Shown: in pieces, positions 11,824 to 28,380 of the stretch
How positions within the stretch are numbered: position 1 is the first letter of the stretch
Layout of the letters: every line of letters starts with the position of its first letter
Source: Dryocola sp. BD586
GTDB lineage: Bacteria; Pseudomonadota; Gammaproteobacteria; Enterobacterales; Enterobacteriaceae
Length of the DNA: 40,000 bases
Assembly: GCF_051307045.1 (NCBI RefSeq)
Contig: NZ_CP150452.1
Coordinates: forward strand, 421,287-461,286
Direction: 5' to 3'
Notes under the pieces: generated by a model
What the model was told of the DNA's origin: nothing
Seen by the model: the letters and a program-made list of their open reading frames with translations, nothing else
The model's database searches: none
Made by a program: the position numbers and the translations under genes

Positions 11824-12418
11824 ATGACATCTTTATATCTCGCCTCTGGTTCACCGCGTCGCCAGGAACTTCTGACCCAGCTGGGCGTGGCCTTTGAACG
11901 CATCGTAACGGACGTGGAAGAGCAGCGTCTGAGCCATGAAAGCGCGGAGCAGTACGTCCGCCGTCTGGCGCGGGACAAGGCGCTGGCGGGCGTGGCGCTG
12001 GCCCGAGCGGGATTTACCGGTGTTAGGCGCAGACACCATTGTTATCTACAATGGTGAGGTGCTGGAAAAGCCGCGCGATCGGGAACATGCGGCACAGATG
12101 CTAAGATTGCTCTCCGGACATCAGCACCAGGTGATGACGGCGGTTGCGCTGGCGGACAGCCGGTCGGTGCTCGACTGTCTGGTGATGACCGAAGTGACAT
12201 TCCGCAGCTTATCAGAACAGGATATCGCCGGTTACGTTGCCAGCGGTGAACCCATGGACAAAGCAGGGGCATACGGTATTCAGGGACTGGGCGGCTGTTT
12301 CGTCAGGAAGATTAACGGCAGCTACCATGCCGTGGTCGGGCTGCCGCTGGTAGAAACGTATGAACTACTGAGTAATTTTCACGCATTGCGTGATGGACGA
12401 GGAAAAGATGACGGCTGA
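11824..12418 (+). pseudogene. yhdE: Maf-family nucleoside triphosphate pyrophosphatase YhdE, split by a 1-bp insertion as sequenced
   Basis: [22 protein letters not shown]...AGVALA | (E)[24 protein letters not shown]...[26 protein letters not shown] is split over ORFs 11764..12057 and 11936..12418. The break is at GGCCC 12000-12004. The span is 595 nt, which is 1 mod 3. Confidence 0.9.
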
Positions 12419-13877
12419 ACTACTGGTCAATATTACCCCTTCAGAAACGCGGGTAGCCTATATTGACGGCGGAATACTGCAGGAAATCCATATTGAGCGC
12501 GAAGCGCGCCGTGGGATCGTAGGGAATATCTACAAAGGTCGTGTCAGCCGGGTGCTACCAGGAATGCAGGCGGCATTTGTAGATATTGGCCTTGATAAGG
12601 CAGCGTTTCTTCACGCCTCCGACATCATGCCGCACACCGAATGCGTTGCGGGTGAGGAGCGTAAAAACTTTACCGTGCGCGACATCTCCGAGCTGGTCCG
12701 CCAGGGGCAGGATCTGATGGTGCAGGTGGTTAAAGACCCGCTTGGCACCAAGGGCGCGCGCCTTACCACGGACATCACTCTTCCTTCCCGTTACCTGGTG
12801 TTTATGCCGGGCGCCTCGCACGTCGGCGTTTCTCAACGCATCGAAAGCGAAGAAGAGCGCGATCGTCTCAAGCGCGTGGTCAGCGCCTACTGCGACGAGC
12901 AGGGCGGATTTATCATTCGTACCGCGGCTGAAGGCGTATGCGAAGAAGATCTCTCTTCCGATGCCGCTTATTTAAAACGCGTCTGGACCAAAGTCAGCGA
13001 GCGTAAAAAACGCAACAAAACGCGTTGCCAGCTTTACGGCGAGCTTGCGCTGGCCCAGCGCGTGCTGCGTGATTTCGCCGACGCAGCGCTGGACAGAATT
13101 CGTGTCGACTCGCGTCTGACCTACGACATGCTGCTGGAATTTACCGCGGAATATATGCCGGAAATGACCAGCAAAATCGAACACTACAGCGGCCGCCAGC
13201 CGATATTCGACCTCTTTGACGTCGAAAATGAAATCCAGCGGGCGCTTGAGCGAAAGGTTGAGCTGAAATCCGGCGGCTATCTGGTTATCGATCAAACCGA
13301 AGCGATGACCACCGTGGATATCAACACCGGGGCCTTTGTCGGCCACCGCAACCTTGACGATACTATTTTTAATACCAACATCGAGGCCACCCAAGCCATC
13401 GCCCGTCAGCTGCGGCTGCGTAATCTTGGCGGCATTATCATTATCGATTTTATCGACATGAATAATGAAGACCACCGCCGTCGCGTGCTGCACTCCCTGG
13501 AACAGGCGCTGAGCAAAGATCGCGTGAAAACCAGCGTGAACGGCTTCTCGCAGCTGGGGCTGGTTGAAATGACGCGCAAGCGCACCCGCGAAAGCGTGGA
13601 GCACGTGCTCTGCGCCGGCTGCCCGACCTGCCACGGCCGCGGCACGGTAAAAACCGTGGAGACAGTCTGCTATGAGATCATGCGCGAAATCGTGCGCGTT
13701 CATCATGCCTACGATTCCGATCGTTTCCTGGTTTACGCCTCCCCGGCGGTTGGCGAAGCGCTGAAAAGCGAAGAATCTCACGCGCTGGCAGAGGTGGAAA
13801 TCTTTGTCGGCAAGCAGGTAAAGGTACAAATTGAGCCGCTTTATAATCAGGAGCAGTTCGACGTCGTGATGATGTAA
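12408..13877 (+). CDS. rng: Ribonuclease G
   Basis: [61 protein letters not shown]... runs for 489 aa and is near-identical to E. coli RNase G. The start is at the conserved MTAELL, 6 codons inside the track ORF. Confidence 0.96.
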   Translation: MTAELLVNITPSETRVAYIDGGILQEIHIEREARRGIVGNIYKGRVSRVLPGMQAAFVDIGLDKAAFLHASDIMPHTECVAGEERKNFTVRDISELVRQGQDLMVQVVKDPLGTKGARLTTDITLPSRYLVFMPGASHVGVSQRIESEEERDRLKRVVSAYCDEQGGFIIRTAAEGVCEEDLSSDAAYLKRVWTKVSERKKRNKTRCQLYGELALAQRVLRDFADAALDRIRVDSRLTYDMLLEFTAEYMPEMTSKIEHYSGRQPIFDLFDVENEIQRALERKVELKSGGYLVIDQTEAMTTVDINTGAFVGHRNLDDTIFNTNIEATQAIARQLRLRNLGGIIIIDFIDMNNEDHRRRVLHSLEQALSKDRVKTSVNGFSQLGLVEMTRKRTRESVEHVLCAGCPTCHGRGTVKTVETVCYEIMREIVRVHHAYDSDRFLVYASPAVGEALKSEESHALAEVEIFVGKQVKVQIEPLYNQEQFDVVMM

Positions 13878-13935
13878 CCATCTACGGGCCGTACTTTTTG
13901 AGGTACCGAGCCGCAAGGCTGACAAGGAGAGATAT

Positions 13936-19262
<5,327 letters not shown>

Positions 19263-19269
19263 AACGAAA

Positions 19270-19300
19270 CGGCCGGGTCAACCCCGGCCGGTTTCTTTTC
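19270..19300 (+). terminator. Rho-independent terminator after tldD, overlapping the convergent aaeR 3' end
   Basis: The stem is CGGCCGGG-tcaa(c)-CCCGGCCG at 19270-19290, followed by gTTTCTTTT. It lies 8 nt after the tldD stop. Confidence 0.6.
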
Positions 19301-20225
19301 CGCGCCCGTTTGTTTCCCGGACGCCCTGGTACAGCTGCGCCACCTTCACAAAATACTCCGTCAGATAGTTAATGCACACCTGCACCTTCAGCGGCAGCTT
19401 GTCTTTTTCCGTATACAGCGCATATACCGGACGAGGATCCGACTGATAGCGGGAAAACAGGATCTCCAGCTCGCCATTGTTGATCTCATCGATCACCCAC
19501 ATCAGCGGCACGTAGGCGATCCCGGCGCCGGCTTTCAGCCAGCGTGAAAGCGTCATCGGATCGTTTGTCACGAAGCGCCCCTGCGGCAGCATGCGCGTGG
19601 AGATGCCTTCGGGAGCGATAAGCTCAAACTCATTGTCAGGACGCACGCTGTATTCCAGCCACGAATGGTTCGCCAGATCGGCAGGTTTTTCCGGTACGCC
19701 GTTTTGCAGCAGATAGCTTTTCGCCGCGCAGATAACCATCGGCATCGAGCCGAGGCGTTTTGAAAACAGGCTGGAATCCTGCAGCGCGCCCACGCGAATA
19801 ACCACGTCGAGGCCATCGGCAATCAGGTCCGGGGCAGGGATGCCGGTCACCAGGTTTACCGTCAGGCCCGGGTACTCTTTAAGCATGTCCGCCGTCATAT
19901 TGGCGAGGACATTTTGTGCCATGGTTGAAGAACTGCCGATGCGCAGCGTGCCGATAGGCGTGTTGTTGAAGGCGTAGAGCTGCTCATGCACCTCCTGGAC
20001 TTCATGCAGCATCTTGCGACAGCCGAGATAGTAAATCTTACCCGCTTCGGTGAGGCCAATGCTGCGGGTGCTGCGGTTCAACAGCTTTACCTGCAGTTCA
20101 TCCTCAAGCTTTGAAACCGTCTGGCTGATGGACGATACGCTCATCTGCAGTTGCCTTGCGGCGGCGGTAAAAGAGCCGAGATCCACCACTTTGGCAAAAA
20201 CCGACATGCGTTTAAGTCTTTCCAT
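19278..20225 (-). CDS. aaeR: LysR-type transcriptional activator of aaeXAB
   Basis: MERLKRMSVFAKVVDLGSFTAAARQLQMSVSSISQTVSKLEDELQVKLLNRSTRSIGLTEAG... is collinear with E. coli AaeR. It is divergent from aaeX. Confidence 0.93.
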   Translation of the reverse strand: MERLKRMSVFAKVVDLGSFTAAARQLQMSVSSISQTVSKLEDELQVKLLNRSTRSIGLTEAGKIYYLGCRKMLHEVQEVHEQLYAFNNTPIGTLRIGSSSTMAQNVLANMTADMLKEYPGLTVNLVTGIPAPDLIADGLDVVIRVGALQDSSLFSKRLGSMPMVICAAKSYLLQNGVPEKPADLANHSWLEYSVRPDNEFELIAPEGISTRMLPQGRFVTNDPMTLSRWLKAGAGIAYVPLMWVIDEINNGELEILFSRYQSDPRPVYALYTEKDKLPLKVQVCINYLTEYFVKVAQLYQGVRETNGRGKETGRG

Positions 20226-20244
20226 TGTTCACTCTGAGTTAAAA

Positions 20245-20282
20245 GTGATTTAGATCACATATTATAGATAACAGGATAACAG
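20245..20282. promoter_or_regulatory. Candidate AaeR operator elements in the aaeR-aaeX divergent promoter: an inverted repeat GTGAT-N4-ATCAC and a perfect tandem GATAACAG x2
   Basis: GTGATttagATCAC is at 20245-20258, and GATAACAGGATAACAG is at 20267-20282. Both are read directly from the sequence. Assigning them to AaeR binding is inference from the usual placement of LysR-type sites. Confidence 0.3.
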
Positions 20283-20406
20283 TTACGTTAATATATTATT
20301 ATTAACACAGTCTAAACCGCGTTCTCGCCTGCCGTTCCTGGCCACCTTTAGTCGCGGATAACTGTCCAGAGTCTGTGGCGCCTGCACTATCCTTAACAAG
20401 GTTAAC

Positions 20407-20610
20407 ATGAGTTTATTTCCGGTTATCGTGGTATTCGGTCTTTCCTTTCCGCCGATATTTTTTGAGCTGCTCGTTTCACTGGCGGTTTTCTGGCTGGTGC
20501 GCCGTTTGCTTACCCCGACGGGTATTTATGATTTCGTCTGGCACCCGGCATTATTCAATACGGCGCTCTATTGCTGCCTGTTTTATCTGATCTCGCAGCT
20601 GTTTGTTTGA
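20407..20610 (+). CDS. aaeX: Small membrane protein AaeX
   Basis: [33 protein letters not shown]...[19 protein letters not shown] runs for 67 aa and is near-identical to E. coli AaeX. Confidence 0.88.
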   Translation: MSLFPVIVVFGLSFPPIFFELLVSLAVFWLVRRLLTPTGIYDFVWHPALFNTALYCCLFYLISQLFV

Positions 20611-20617
20611 GGTTGAT

Positions 20618-21550
20618 GTGAAAACACTAACAAGAAAAATGATCCGTACCGCCATCACGCTGATTCTGGTGCTGCTGGCTTTCATCGCTATCTTCCGCGC
20701 GTGGGTGTTTTACACCGAGTCGCCCTGGACGCGCGACGCCCGTTTTACCGCCGATGTTGTGGCGATTGCGCCTGACGTTTCCGGGCTGATTACCGCCGTG
20801 AACGTGCACGACAACCAGCTGGTTAAAAAAGACCAGGTGCTGTTTACCATCGACCAGCCGCGTTATCAAAAGGCGCTGGAAGAGGCGCAGGCGGACGTGG
20901 CTTATTATGAAGCTCTGGCGAGCGAAAAACGCCGCGAGGCCGGACGCCGTAACCGGCTGGGCATCCAGGCGATGTCGCGCGAAGAAATCGACCAGTCGAA
21001 CAACGTGCTGCAAACCGTATTGCATCAGCTTGCGAAGGCGCAGGCAACGCGCGATCTGGCGGAGCTTGACCTGCAGCGTACCGTGGTACGCGCCCCGGCT
21101 GACGGCTGGGTAACCAACCTGAACGTGCACGGCGGCGAGTTTATTACCCGTGGCTCAACGGTGGTGGCGCTGGTAAAACAGCACTCGTTTTACATTCTCG
21201 CCTATATGGAAGAGACCAAGCTTGAAGGCATCCGCCCGGGATATCGCGTTCAGATAACGCCGCTGGGCAGCAACCGCATATTACGCGGCACCGTGGACAG
21301 CATCTCCGCCGGCGTAACCAACGCCAGCAGCACCAGCGATGCGAAAGGCATGGCTACCGTGGATTCCAATCTGGAATGGGTTCGCCTGGCGCAGCGCGTC
21401 CCGGTGCGTATTCGTCTGGATGAGCAGCAGGGCAACCTGTATCCGGCCGGCACCACGGCTACGGTCGTCGTCACCGGTGAGAAAGATCGCGATACCGAAC
21501 ACGATTCGGCATTTATGAAATTCATGCATCGTCTGCGTGAGTTTGGGTAA
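20618..21550 (+). CDS. aaeA: p-Hydroxybenzoic acid efflux pump, membrane-fusion subunit AaeA
   Basis: From GTG 20618 the protein reads (M)[55 protein letters not shown]..., collinear with E. coli AaeA. The 5 codons upstream in the track ORF begin at TTG and overlap the aaeX stop. Confidence 0.92.
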   Translation: MKTLTRKMIRTAITLILVLLAFIAIFRAWVFYTESPWTRDARFTADVVAIAPDVSGLITAVNVHDNQLVKKDQVLFTIDQPRYQKALEEAQADVAYYEALASEKRREAGRRNRLGIQAMSREEIDQSNNVLQTVLHQLAKAQATRDLAELDLQRTVVRAPADGWVTNLNVHGGEFITRGSTVVALVKQHSFYILAYMEETKLEGIRPGYRVQITPLGSNRILRGTVDSISAGVTNASSTSDAKGMATVDSNLEWVRLAQRVPVRIRLDEQQGNLYPAGTTATVVVTGEKDRDTEHDSAFMKFMHRLREFG

Positions 21551-21561
21551 GCCTGGCGACT

Positions 21562-23523
21562 ATGTATTTTATCTCCCGACTGCATCTGCGCTTTGCGTTC
21601 AAACTGGCGTTCGCCATCGTGCTTGCGCTGTTTGTGGGTTTCCACTTTCAGCTTGAAACGCCGCGCTGGGCGGTACTGACCGCGGCGATTGTGGCGGCCG
21701 GCCCCGCGTTTGCGGCAGGCGGCGAGCCCTATTCCGGCGCGATTCGCTATCGCGGCATGCTGCGTATTATCGGCACCTTTATCGGCTGTATCGCGGCGCT
21801 GGTTATCATCACCTCGCTGATTCGCGCGCCGGTCGTGATGCTGCTGGTGTGCTGTATCTGGGCCGGCTTCTGCACCTGGATCTCTTCGCTGGTCAAAGTA
21901 GAAAACTCCTATGCCTGGGGGCTTTCAGGCTACACGGCGCTGATTATCGTCGTCACTATCCAGCTCAATCCGGTTACCACGCCGCAGTTCGCCGTTGAGC
22001 GCTGCAGCGAAATCGTGCTTGGCATCGTCTGCGCCATTCTTGCGGACCTGCTCTTTTCCCCGCGCTCCATCAAACAGGAAATCGACCGCGAGCTGGATAA
22101 CCTGCTGGTGGATCACTATCGGCTGATGCAGCTTTGCGTCGCGCACGGCGATAAAGAAGAGGTCGATAAAGCCTGGAGCGGCATGGTGCGGCGCACCACC
22201 GCCCTTGAGGGCATGCGCAGCAACCTCAAGATCGAATCTGCGCGCTGGGGGCAGGCCAACCGCCGCCTGAAGGCCATCAACACCCTTTCCCTGACGCTGA
22301 TTACCCAGGCCTGCGAAACTTTCCTGATTCAGAACACTCGCCCTGAATTCGTCCCGCCTGAGTTCAAACTGCTGTTTGAAATGCCGGTAGAAACCGCGGC
22401 GGACGTTCATAAGCAGATGAAGGCGTTAAGGCGCTACATCTCTTCATCCGGTGAGAAAAACACCCCGGTGACCATCAGCAGCTGGGTCGGAGCCGCGACG
22501 CGCTTCCTGCTGCTAAAACGCGGCGTTACCAGCAACTCCCGCATTAGCGCTATCGAAGAAGAGATCCTGACCGACGAGGTGGTGATTAAGGTTCAGTCGG
22601 CCGAGCGCCATCATGCGATGATTAACTTCTGGCGCACCACCCTCTCATGCCTGCTGGGAAGCCTGTTCTGGCTGTGGACCGGCTGGACCTCCGGCAGCGG
22701 GGCGATGGTGATGATCGCGGTCGTGACCTCCCTTGCGATGCGCCTGCCCAACCCACGCATGGTGTCGCTGGATTTTCTTTACGGGATGCTGGTCGCCCTG
22801 CCGCTTGGCGCGCTCTATTTTCTGGTCATCATACCTTCCACCCAGCAAAGCATGCTGCTGCTGTGTATCAGCCTCGCGCTGCTGGGATTCTTTATGGGCA
22901 TTGAGGTGCAAAAGCGGCGGCTGGGCTCGATGGGGGCGCTGGCCGGGACGATTAACGTTATCGTGCTGGATAATCCCATGACCTTTCACTTCAGCAGCTT
23001 CCTTGACAGCGCGCTGGGGCAAATCGTCGGCTGTTTCCTGGCGATGATGGTTATTCTCCTGGTGCGGGATAACTCTAAGGAGCGTACCGGACGCACGCTG
23101 CTCAATCAGTTTGTTTCGGCTGCGGTGTCCGCGCTGACGACTAACAATAACCGCCGCAAAGAGAACCACCTGCCGGCGCTTTACCAGCAGCTTTTCCTGC
23201 TGTTGAACACCTTCCCGGGGGATATCGATCGCTACCGCCTGGCTTTAACCCTGATAATCGCACACCAGAGGCTGCGCGACGCGCCCATTCCGGTGAACGC
23301 TGACCTGTCCGCTTTCCACCGCCAGCTGCGCAACACGGCGGACAAAGTCACCTCCGCTTCCAGCGATGATAAGCGGCGGCGTTACTTCAGGCAGCTGCTG
23401 GGCGAGCTGGATATCTACCAGGAAAAGCTGCGCATCTGGGAGGCGCCGTTACAGGTGACCGAGCCGGTAAAAAGGCTGGCGGATATGCTGCATAAGTATC
23501 AGCACACCCTCATCGACGCTTAA
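21562..23523 (+). CDS. aaeB: p-Hydroxybenzoic acid efflux pump subunit AaeB
   Basis: The 653-aa protein ...[39 protein letters not shown]...[14 protein letters not shown]...[15 protein letters not shown]... is collinear with E. coli AaeB. Confidence 0.93.
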   Translation: MYFISRLHLRFAFKLAFAIVLALFVGFHFQLETPRWAVLTAAIVAAGPAFAAGGEPYSGAIRYRGMLRIIGTFIGCIAALVIITSLIRAPVVMLLVCCIWAGFCTWISSLVKVENSYAWGLSGYTALIIVVTIQLNPVTTPQFAVERCSEIVLGIVCAILADLLFSPRSIKQEIDRELDNLLVDHYRLMQLCVAHGDKEEVDKAWSGMVRRTTALEGMRSNLKIESARWGQANRRLKAINTLSLTLITQACETFLIQNTRPEFVPPEFKLLFEMPVETAADVHKQMKALRRYISSSGEKNTPVTISSWVGAATRFLLLKRGVTSNSRISAIEEEILTDEVVIKVQSAERHHAMINFWRTTLSCLLGSLFWLWTGWTSGSGAMVMIAVVTSLAMRLPNPRMVSLDFLYGMLVALPLGALYFLVIIPSTQQSMLLLCISLALLGFFMGIEVQKRRLGSMGALAGTINVIVLDNPMTFHFSSFLDSALGQIVGCFLAMMVILLVRDNSKERTGRTLLNQFVSAAVSALTTNNNRRKENHLPALYQQLFLLLNTFPGDIDRYRLALTLIIAHQRLRDAPIPVNADLSAFHRQLRNTADKVTSASSDDKRRRYFRQLLGELDIYQEKLRIWEAPLQVTEPVKRLADMLHKYQHTLIDA

Positions 23524-23536
23524 TCAGCGCCCCAGA

Positions 23537-23561
23537 GCCGACGCCATGCGTCGGCTTTTTT
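23537..23561 (+). terminator. Rho-independent terminator after aaeB
   Basis: GCCGACGC-cat-GCGTCGGC is followed by TTTTTT. It lies 14 nt after the aaeB stop. Confidence 0.78.
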
Positions 23562-23605
23562 GTATCTATACTTAGCGGATGTGCAATTTATAACGGGAGA
23601 AAATT

Positions 23606-25060
23606 ATGACAATTCAGGCGCTCCAGGACGGTGAACTCTTCAACACCGGCTATCTGGTCAACGGGGAATGGCGCAGGCTTGATGACACTTTTGACGTACT
23701 GAATCCTGCCACGGGCGAAGCGATAGCTAAAGTGGCGAAAGCCGGTAAGAAAGAGACCGAGGAGGCTATCGCCGCGGCGGCAAAAGCCTTCCCGGCGTGG
23801 CGAGCCAAAACCGCAAAAGAACGCTCGACGATTCTTTATCGCTGGTACCAGCTGATTATTGAGAACAAAAGCTGGCTGGGACAGCTGATGACCACGGAAC
23901 AGGGCAAACCGCTGAAAGAGGCCGAAGGGGAAGTCGAATACGCCGCAAGCTTTATTCAATGGTTTGCCGAGGAGGCCAAACGCGCCAACGGCGAAATCAT
24001 TCCACCGGCCAGGCCGGGATCGCGAATCTTCGCAACGCGTGAACCTGTTGGCGTGGTAGCCGCTATCACCCCGTGGAATTTCCCGATGGCGATGCTGACC
24101 CGTAAGCTCGGCCCGGCGCTGGCAGCGGGATGTACCGGCGTGATTAAGCCCGCCAACAATACGCCGCTTTCCGCTTTTGCTTTACTGGCGCTGGCGAAAC
24201 AGGCCGGCGTGCCGGATGGCGTACTGAACGCGGTCGCGGGCAACACCCAGGAAATCAGCGATGCGATTATGGCCAGCCCCGAGGTGCGCAAAATTTCCTT
24301 TACCGGCTCGACCGCCGTAGGCAAAACGCTGGTGCGCAACGCCGCTGAAACCATGAAAAAAGTGTCGATGGAACTGGGCGGCAATGCGCCGTACATCGTG
24401 TTTGACGATGCCGATATCGATGAAGCCGTAAAAGGCGCCATCGCCAATAAATTCCGTAACGCGGGCCAGGTGTGCGTCAGCGTGAACCGCTTCTTTATTC
24501 AGGAAGGCATTTACGATCGTTTCGTCAATAAGCTGGCGGAGGCGGTGAAGGCGCTCAAAGTCGGCAACGGTATGGATGAGGGCGTGGTGGTCGGGCCGCT
24601 TATCGAAAAGTCCGCCGTAGATAAAGTGCGTGAGCATGTGGAAGATGCCCTGGCTAAGGGCGGTAAGGCGCTGGTGGGAGGTAAAAGCCACGAGCTTGGG
24701 GGCAACTTCTGGCAGCCGACGGTCATTATCAATGCCGCTGACGACATGAAGCTGGCGCAGGAGGAGACTTTTGGTCCTCTGGCGGCCTGCTTTAGCTTCA
24801 AAACGGAAGAAGAAGCGATCCGGCGGGCTAACAATACCCCCTTTGGCCTGGCCGCTTACTTCTATACTCAGAATCTGCAGCGCGTATTCCGCGTATCGCA
24901 GGCGCTTGAAAGCGGGATGATTGGCGTTAACGAATGTGCCGTGTCTACCGAGCTGGGGCCGTTTGGCGGGGTGAAAGAGTCCGGCCTTGGTCGGGAAGGG
25001 TCGGTGCTGGGACTTGAGGAGTATCTGGAAGTCAAAACCCTGCATATCGGCGGCCTGTAG
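23606..25060 (+). CDS. NAD(P)+-dependent succinate-semialdehyde dehydrogenase family (GabD-like aldehyde dehydrogenase)
   Basis: The 484-aa protein is collinear with E. coli GabD as I recall it (…[16 protein letters not shown]…[29 protein letters not shown]…[23 protein letters not shown]…[16 protein letters not shown]…[13 protein letters not shown]…EETFGPLA…FGLAAYFY…). The catalytic Glu (ELGGN) and Cys (GQVCV) motifs are present. The substrate cannot be assigned from sequence alone. Confidence 0.85.
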   Translation: MTIQALQDGELFNTGYLVNGEWRRLDDTFDVLNPATGEAIAKVAKAGKKETEEAIAAAAKAFPAWRAKTAKERSTILYRWYQLIIENKSWLGQLMTTEQGKPLKEAEGEVEYAASFIQWFAEEAKRANGEIIPPARPGSRIFATREPVGVVAAITPWNFPMAMLTRKLGPALAAGCTGVIKPANNTPLSAFALLALAKQAGVPDGVLNAVAGNTQEISDAIMASPEVRKISFTGSTAVGKTLVRNAAETMKKVSMELGGNAPYIVFDDADIDEAVKGAIANKFRNAGQVCVSVNRFFIQEGIYDRFVNKLAEAVKALKVGNGMDEGVVVGPLIEKSAVDKVREHVEDALAKGGKALVGGKSHELGGNFWQPTVIINAADDMKLAQEETFGPLAACFSFKTEEEAIRRANNTPFGLAAYFYTQNLQRVFRVSQALESGMIGVNECAVSTELGPFGGVKESGLGREGSVLGLEEYLEVKTLHIGGL

Positions 25061-25101
25061 ACGCGCGTTGGCACGGCTTGTTCCGGTTGGGGTGGCCAGA
25101 G

Positions 25102-25374
25102 ATGAAAAAATATAGCTTTGATTTTAATGAGATAGAAGATCAACCGGCATTCTATCGCCTCTTTACCCAGGCATTCTCACTGGAGAAAAAAAAGGTGCAC
25201 GATCTCGACAGCCTGTGGGACGTGGTGGTGGGAGGAGGCCTGCCCGTGCCGGTAGAGATTGAGTTTCTCCATCTGCCGGAGATACAGCGGCGGCGCTACG
25301 GCGCGCTGATTTTGCTGTTTGATGAGGCAGAAGAAGAGCTCGAAGGACAGCTGCGTTTTAATATTCGCGGTTAA
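25102..25374 (+). CDS. yhcO: Barstar-like ribonuclease-inhibitor family protein YhcO
   Basis: [42 protein letters not shown]...[25 protein letters not shown] runs for 90 aa and is collinear with E. coli YhcO. The start is taken at the internal ATG 25102. Confidence 0.82.
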   Translation: MKKYSFDFNEIEDQPAFYRLFTQAFSLEKKKVHDLDSLWDVVVGGGLPVPVEIEFLHLPEIQRRRYGALILLFDEAEEELEGQLRFNIRG

Positions 25375-25382
25375 GCAGGCAT

Positions 25383-25428
25383 AAAAAAGCCCCCGGCGAG
25401 CGGGGGCAAGGTCGTCGGACGTGACGAC
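25383..25428 (-). terminator. Two adjacent hairpins between the convergent yhcO and the YhcN-family gene; the distal one plus a U-run forms a rho-independent terminator for the minus-strand gene
   Basis: GTCGTC-ggacgt-GACGAC is at 25411-25428 and GCCCCCG-gcgag-CGGGGGC is at 25389-25407. The second is preceded on the + strand by AAAAAA, which is UUUUUU after the stem on the minus strand. Confidence 0.65.
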
Positions 25429-25434
25429 GAGGGT

Positions 25435-25701
25435 TTATTTATACAGTTCAGCGGTTGCGTGCCAGGTATCGCCGGAACGCGCTTCAGTTACGCGGTAAGC
25501 TGAAGCCCCTTTCTCTGTCGCTTTCTGTGATAATTCATGACGCATATCCATAGGCGCGCTGCCTACCTGGCTTACGGAGATGCTGCCCATAGGCTGCATG
25601 CCCTGCGCCTGTTCGTCGGAAATCTGGTGCGCCGCGGCGCTGGCACCAAAAGAGAGAACGGAAAGAAGGCTAACGGCTGCGATGGTTAATTTGGTTTTCA
25701 T
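25435..25701 (-). CDS. yhcN: YhcN/BhsA-family (DUF1471) small periplasmic stress protein
   Basis: MKTKLTIAAVSLLSVLSFGASA (signal peptide) ...GSISVSQVGSAPMDMRHELSQKATEKGASAYRVTEARSGDTWHATAELYK runs for 88 aa and ends exactly like E. coli YhcN. Confidence 0.85.
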   Translation of the reverse strand: MKTKLTIAAVSLLSVLSFGASAAAHQISDEQAQGMQPMGSISVSQVGSAPMDMRHELSQKATEKGASAYRVTEARSGDTWHATAELYK

Positions 25702-25824
25702 GATGTCTACTCCTGAACAGGTTTTTCAACGGCCGGAAGGGCTAAATAGCGTTTTTTGTTCTTGGGGCCGCCGTCTGAGATTGTCTTTTCTGCGTGCTTA
25801 TTGCAGGGCTGCTAAAGCCGGGCG

Positions 25825-26088
25825 TTATTTATACAGCTCAGCCGTTGCGTGCCACTGGTCGCCGGTGCGGGCTTCGATAATGCGATAAGAAGAAGCCCCT
25901 TCCCGATCGGCTTTTTTATCCAGCTGCTGGTGCATATCCATCGGCGAACTCCCGACGCTGCTTACGGAGACGGTACCCACCGACTGCAGGTTTTGCGCTT
26001 GTTCTGCATTGATGGACGTGGCGGCAAAAGCGCCAAACGACAGCATGGAGAGCAGGCTTGCGGTCACTAAAGTGTTTTTCATGTTCAT
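25825..26088 (-). CDS. Second YhcN/BhsA-family (DUF1471) paralogue
   Basis: MNMKNTLVTASLLSMLSFGAFA (signal peptide) ...GTVSVSSVGSSPMDMHQQLDKKADREGASSYRIIEARTGDQWHATAELYK. The start was chosen at ATG 26086-26088 because GAGG lies 8 nt upstream on the minus strand. Confidence 0.8.
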   Translation of the reverse strand: MNMKNTLVTASLLSMLSFGAFAATSINAEQAQNLQSVGTVSVSSVGSSPMDMHQQLDKKADREGASSYRIIEARTGDQWHATAELYK

Positions 26089-26432
26089 AATTTTTACCTC
26101 GTCGTATTCTTTTATTGGGGCCATCGTTTCGTGACCCTCATCACAAAATCAAGTATACACTAGTAACGGAAAAAATTAATACCCTGCTAACAATTCACAA
26201 TGAAACTTTACGTTAACAGACTTATTTTTTATTACTTTTAGCTATTAAAAATGGATGTTTAATGCTTTTTCTGGAAAAAATATAATAAAAATCAGGCGGA
26301 TAGCGGAATTTGATTATTTGTGCGATCTCTCACAGAACAAATGTTGCTTTAGTGGGTTATCGCCAGAGATACGGGCTACAGGATGGGAGCGGAGCGGCAG
26401 ATTACACAGGTAGACAGGCATAAAGAAGGATA

Positions 26433-26454
26433 ACCCGCCGTGAAGGCGGCGGGT
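26433..26454 (-). terminator. Hairpin terminator downstream of argR
   Basis: ACCCGCCG-tgaagg-CGGCGGGT is a perfect 8-bp stem lying 20 nt after the argR stop. On the minus strand it is followed by tATCCTTCTTTAT, which is only moderately U-rich. Confidence 0.6.
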
Positions 26455-26473
26455 ACAGCAGGTCTTAACGCTC

Positions 26474-26947
<474 letters not shown>

Positions 26948-26968
26948 TCACCTGAGCATAGGTAAACG

Positions 26969-27007
26969 GATAACATTATTATGCATTTAAATGAATTTTT
27001 ATGCAAA
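26969..27007 (-). promoter_or_regulatory. Pair of ARG boxes (ArgR autoregulation) upstream of argR
   Basis: The minus strand reads TTTGCATAAAAATTCATT-taa-ATGCATAATAATGTTATC, two 18-mers separated by 3 bp. The first is a good match to the palindromic ARG-box consensus TNTGAATWWWWATTCANW and the second is weaker. They lie 25-63 nt upstream of the argR ATG. Confidence 0.55.
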
Positions 27008-27188
27008 TGCATGGAAGGGCGTTAGCCTGAAATAACGTTATGAAAGAGGCGAATTTTATCAAATTTTGTTATCGAGAAACATGCCTGTGTCACGACTCGA
27101 AAATAAGGCTTTAAGTAAACCAAATGTTATCAAAATGATGTTGTTTTGATGCGGGCCTAAGGTGTAATGTAACCGCCTGTTGATGTGA

Positions 27189-28317
<1,129 letters not shown>

Positions 28318-28337
28318 TGGTCCGATAGCTGACAGTT

Positions 28338-28370
28338 AAAAAAAACCGGAACGAATGTTCCGGTTTTTTT
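28338..28370. terminator. Bidirectional rho-independent terminator between the convergent mdh and degS
   Basis: The sequence is AAAAAAAA-CCGGAAC-gaat-GTTCCGG-TTTTTTT, so there is a U-run after the stem on both strands. Confidence 0.82.
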
Positions 28371-28380
28371 ATGCCTGCCA

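Noticed and set aside
24182-25045. 287-aa ORF on the minus strand (also 23956..24447 and 24511..24834)
   Set aside because: It is antisense to the GabD-like dehydrogenase, whose sense frame carries all the family motifs. It is a shadow ORF.
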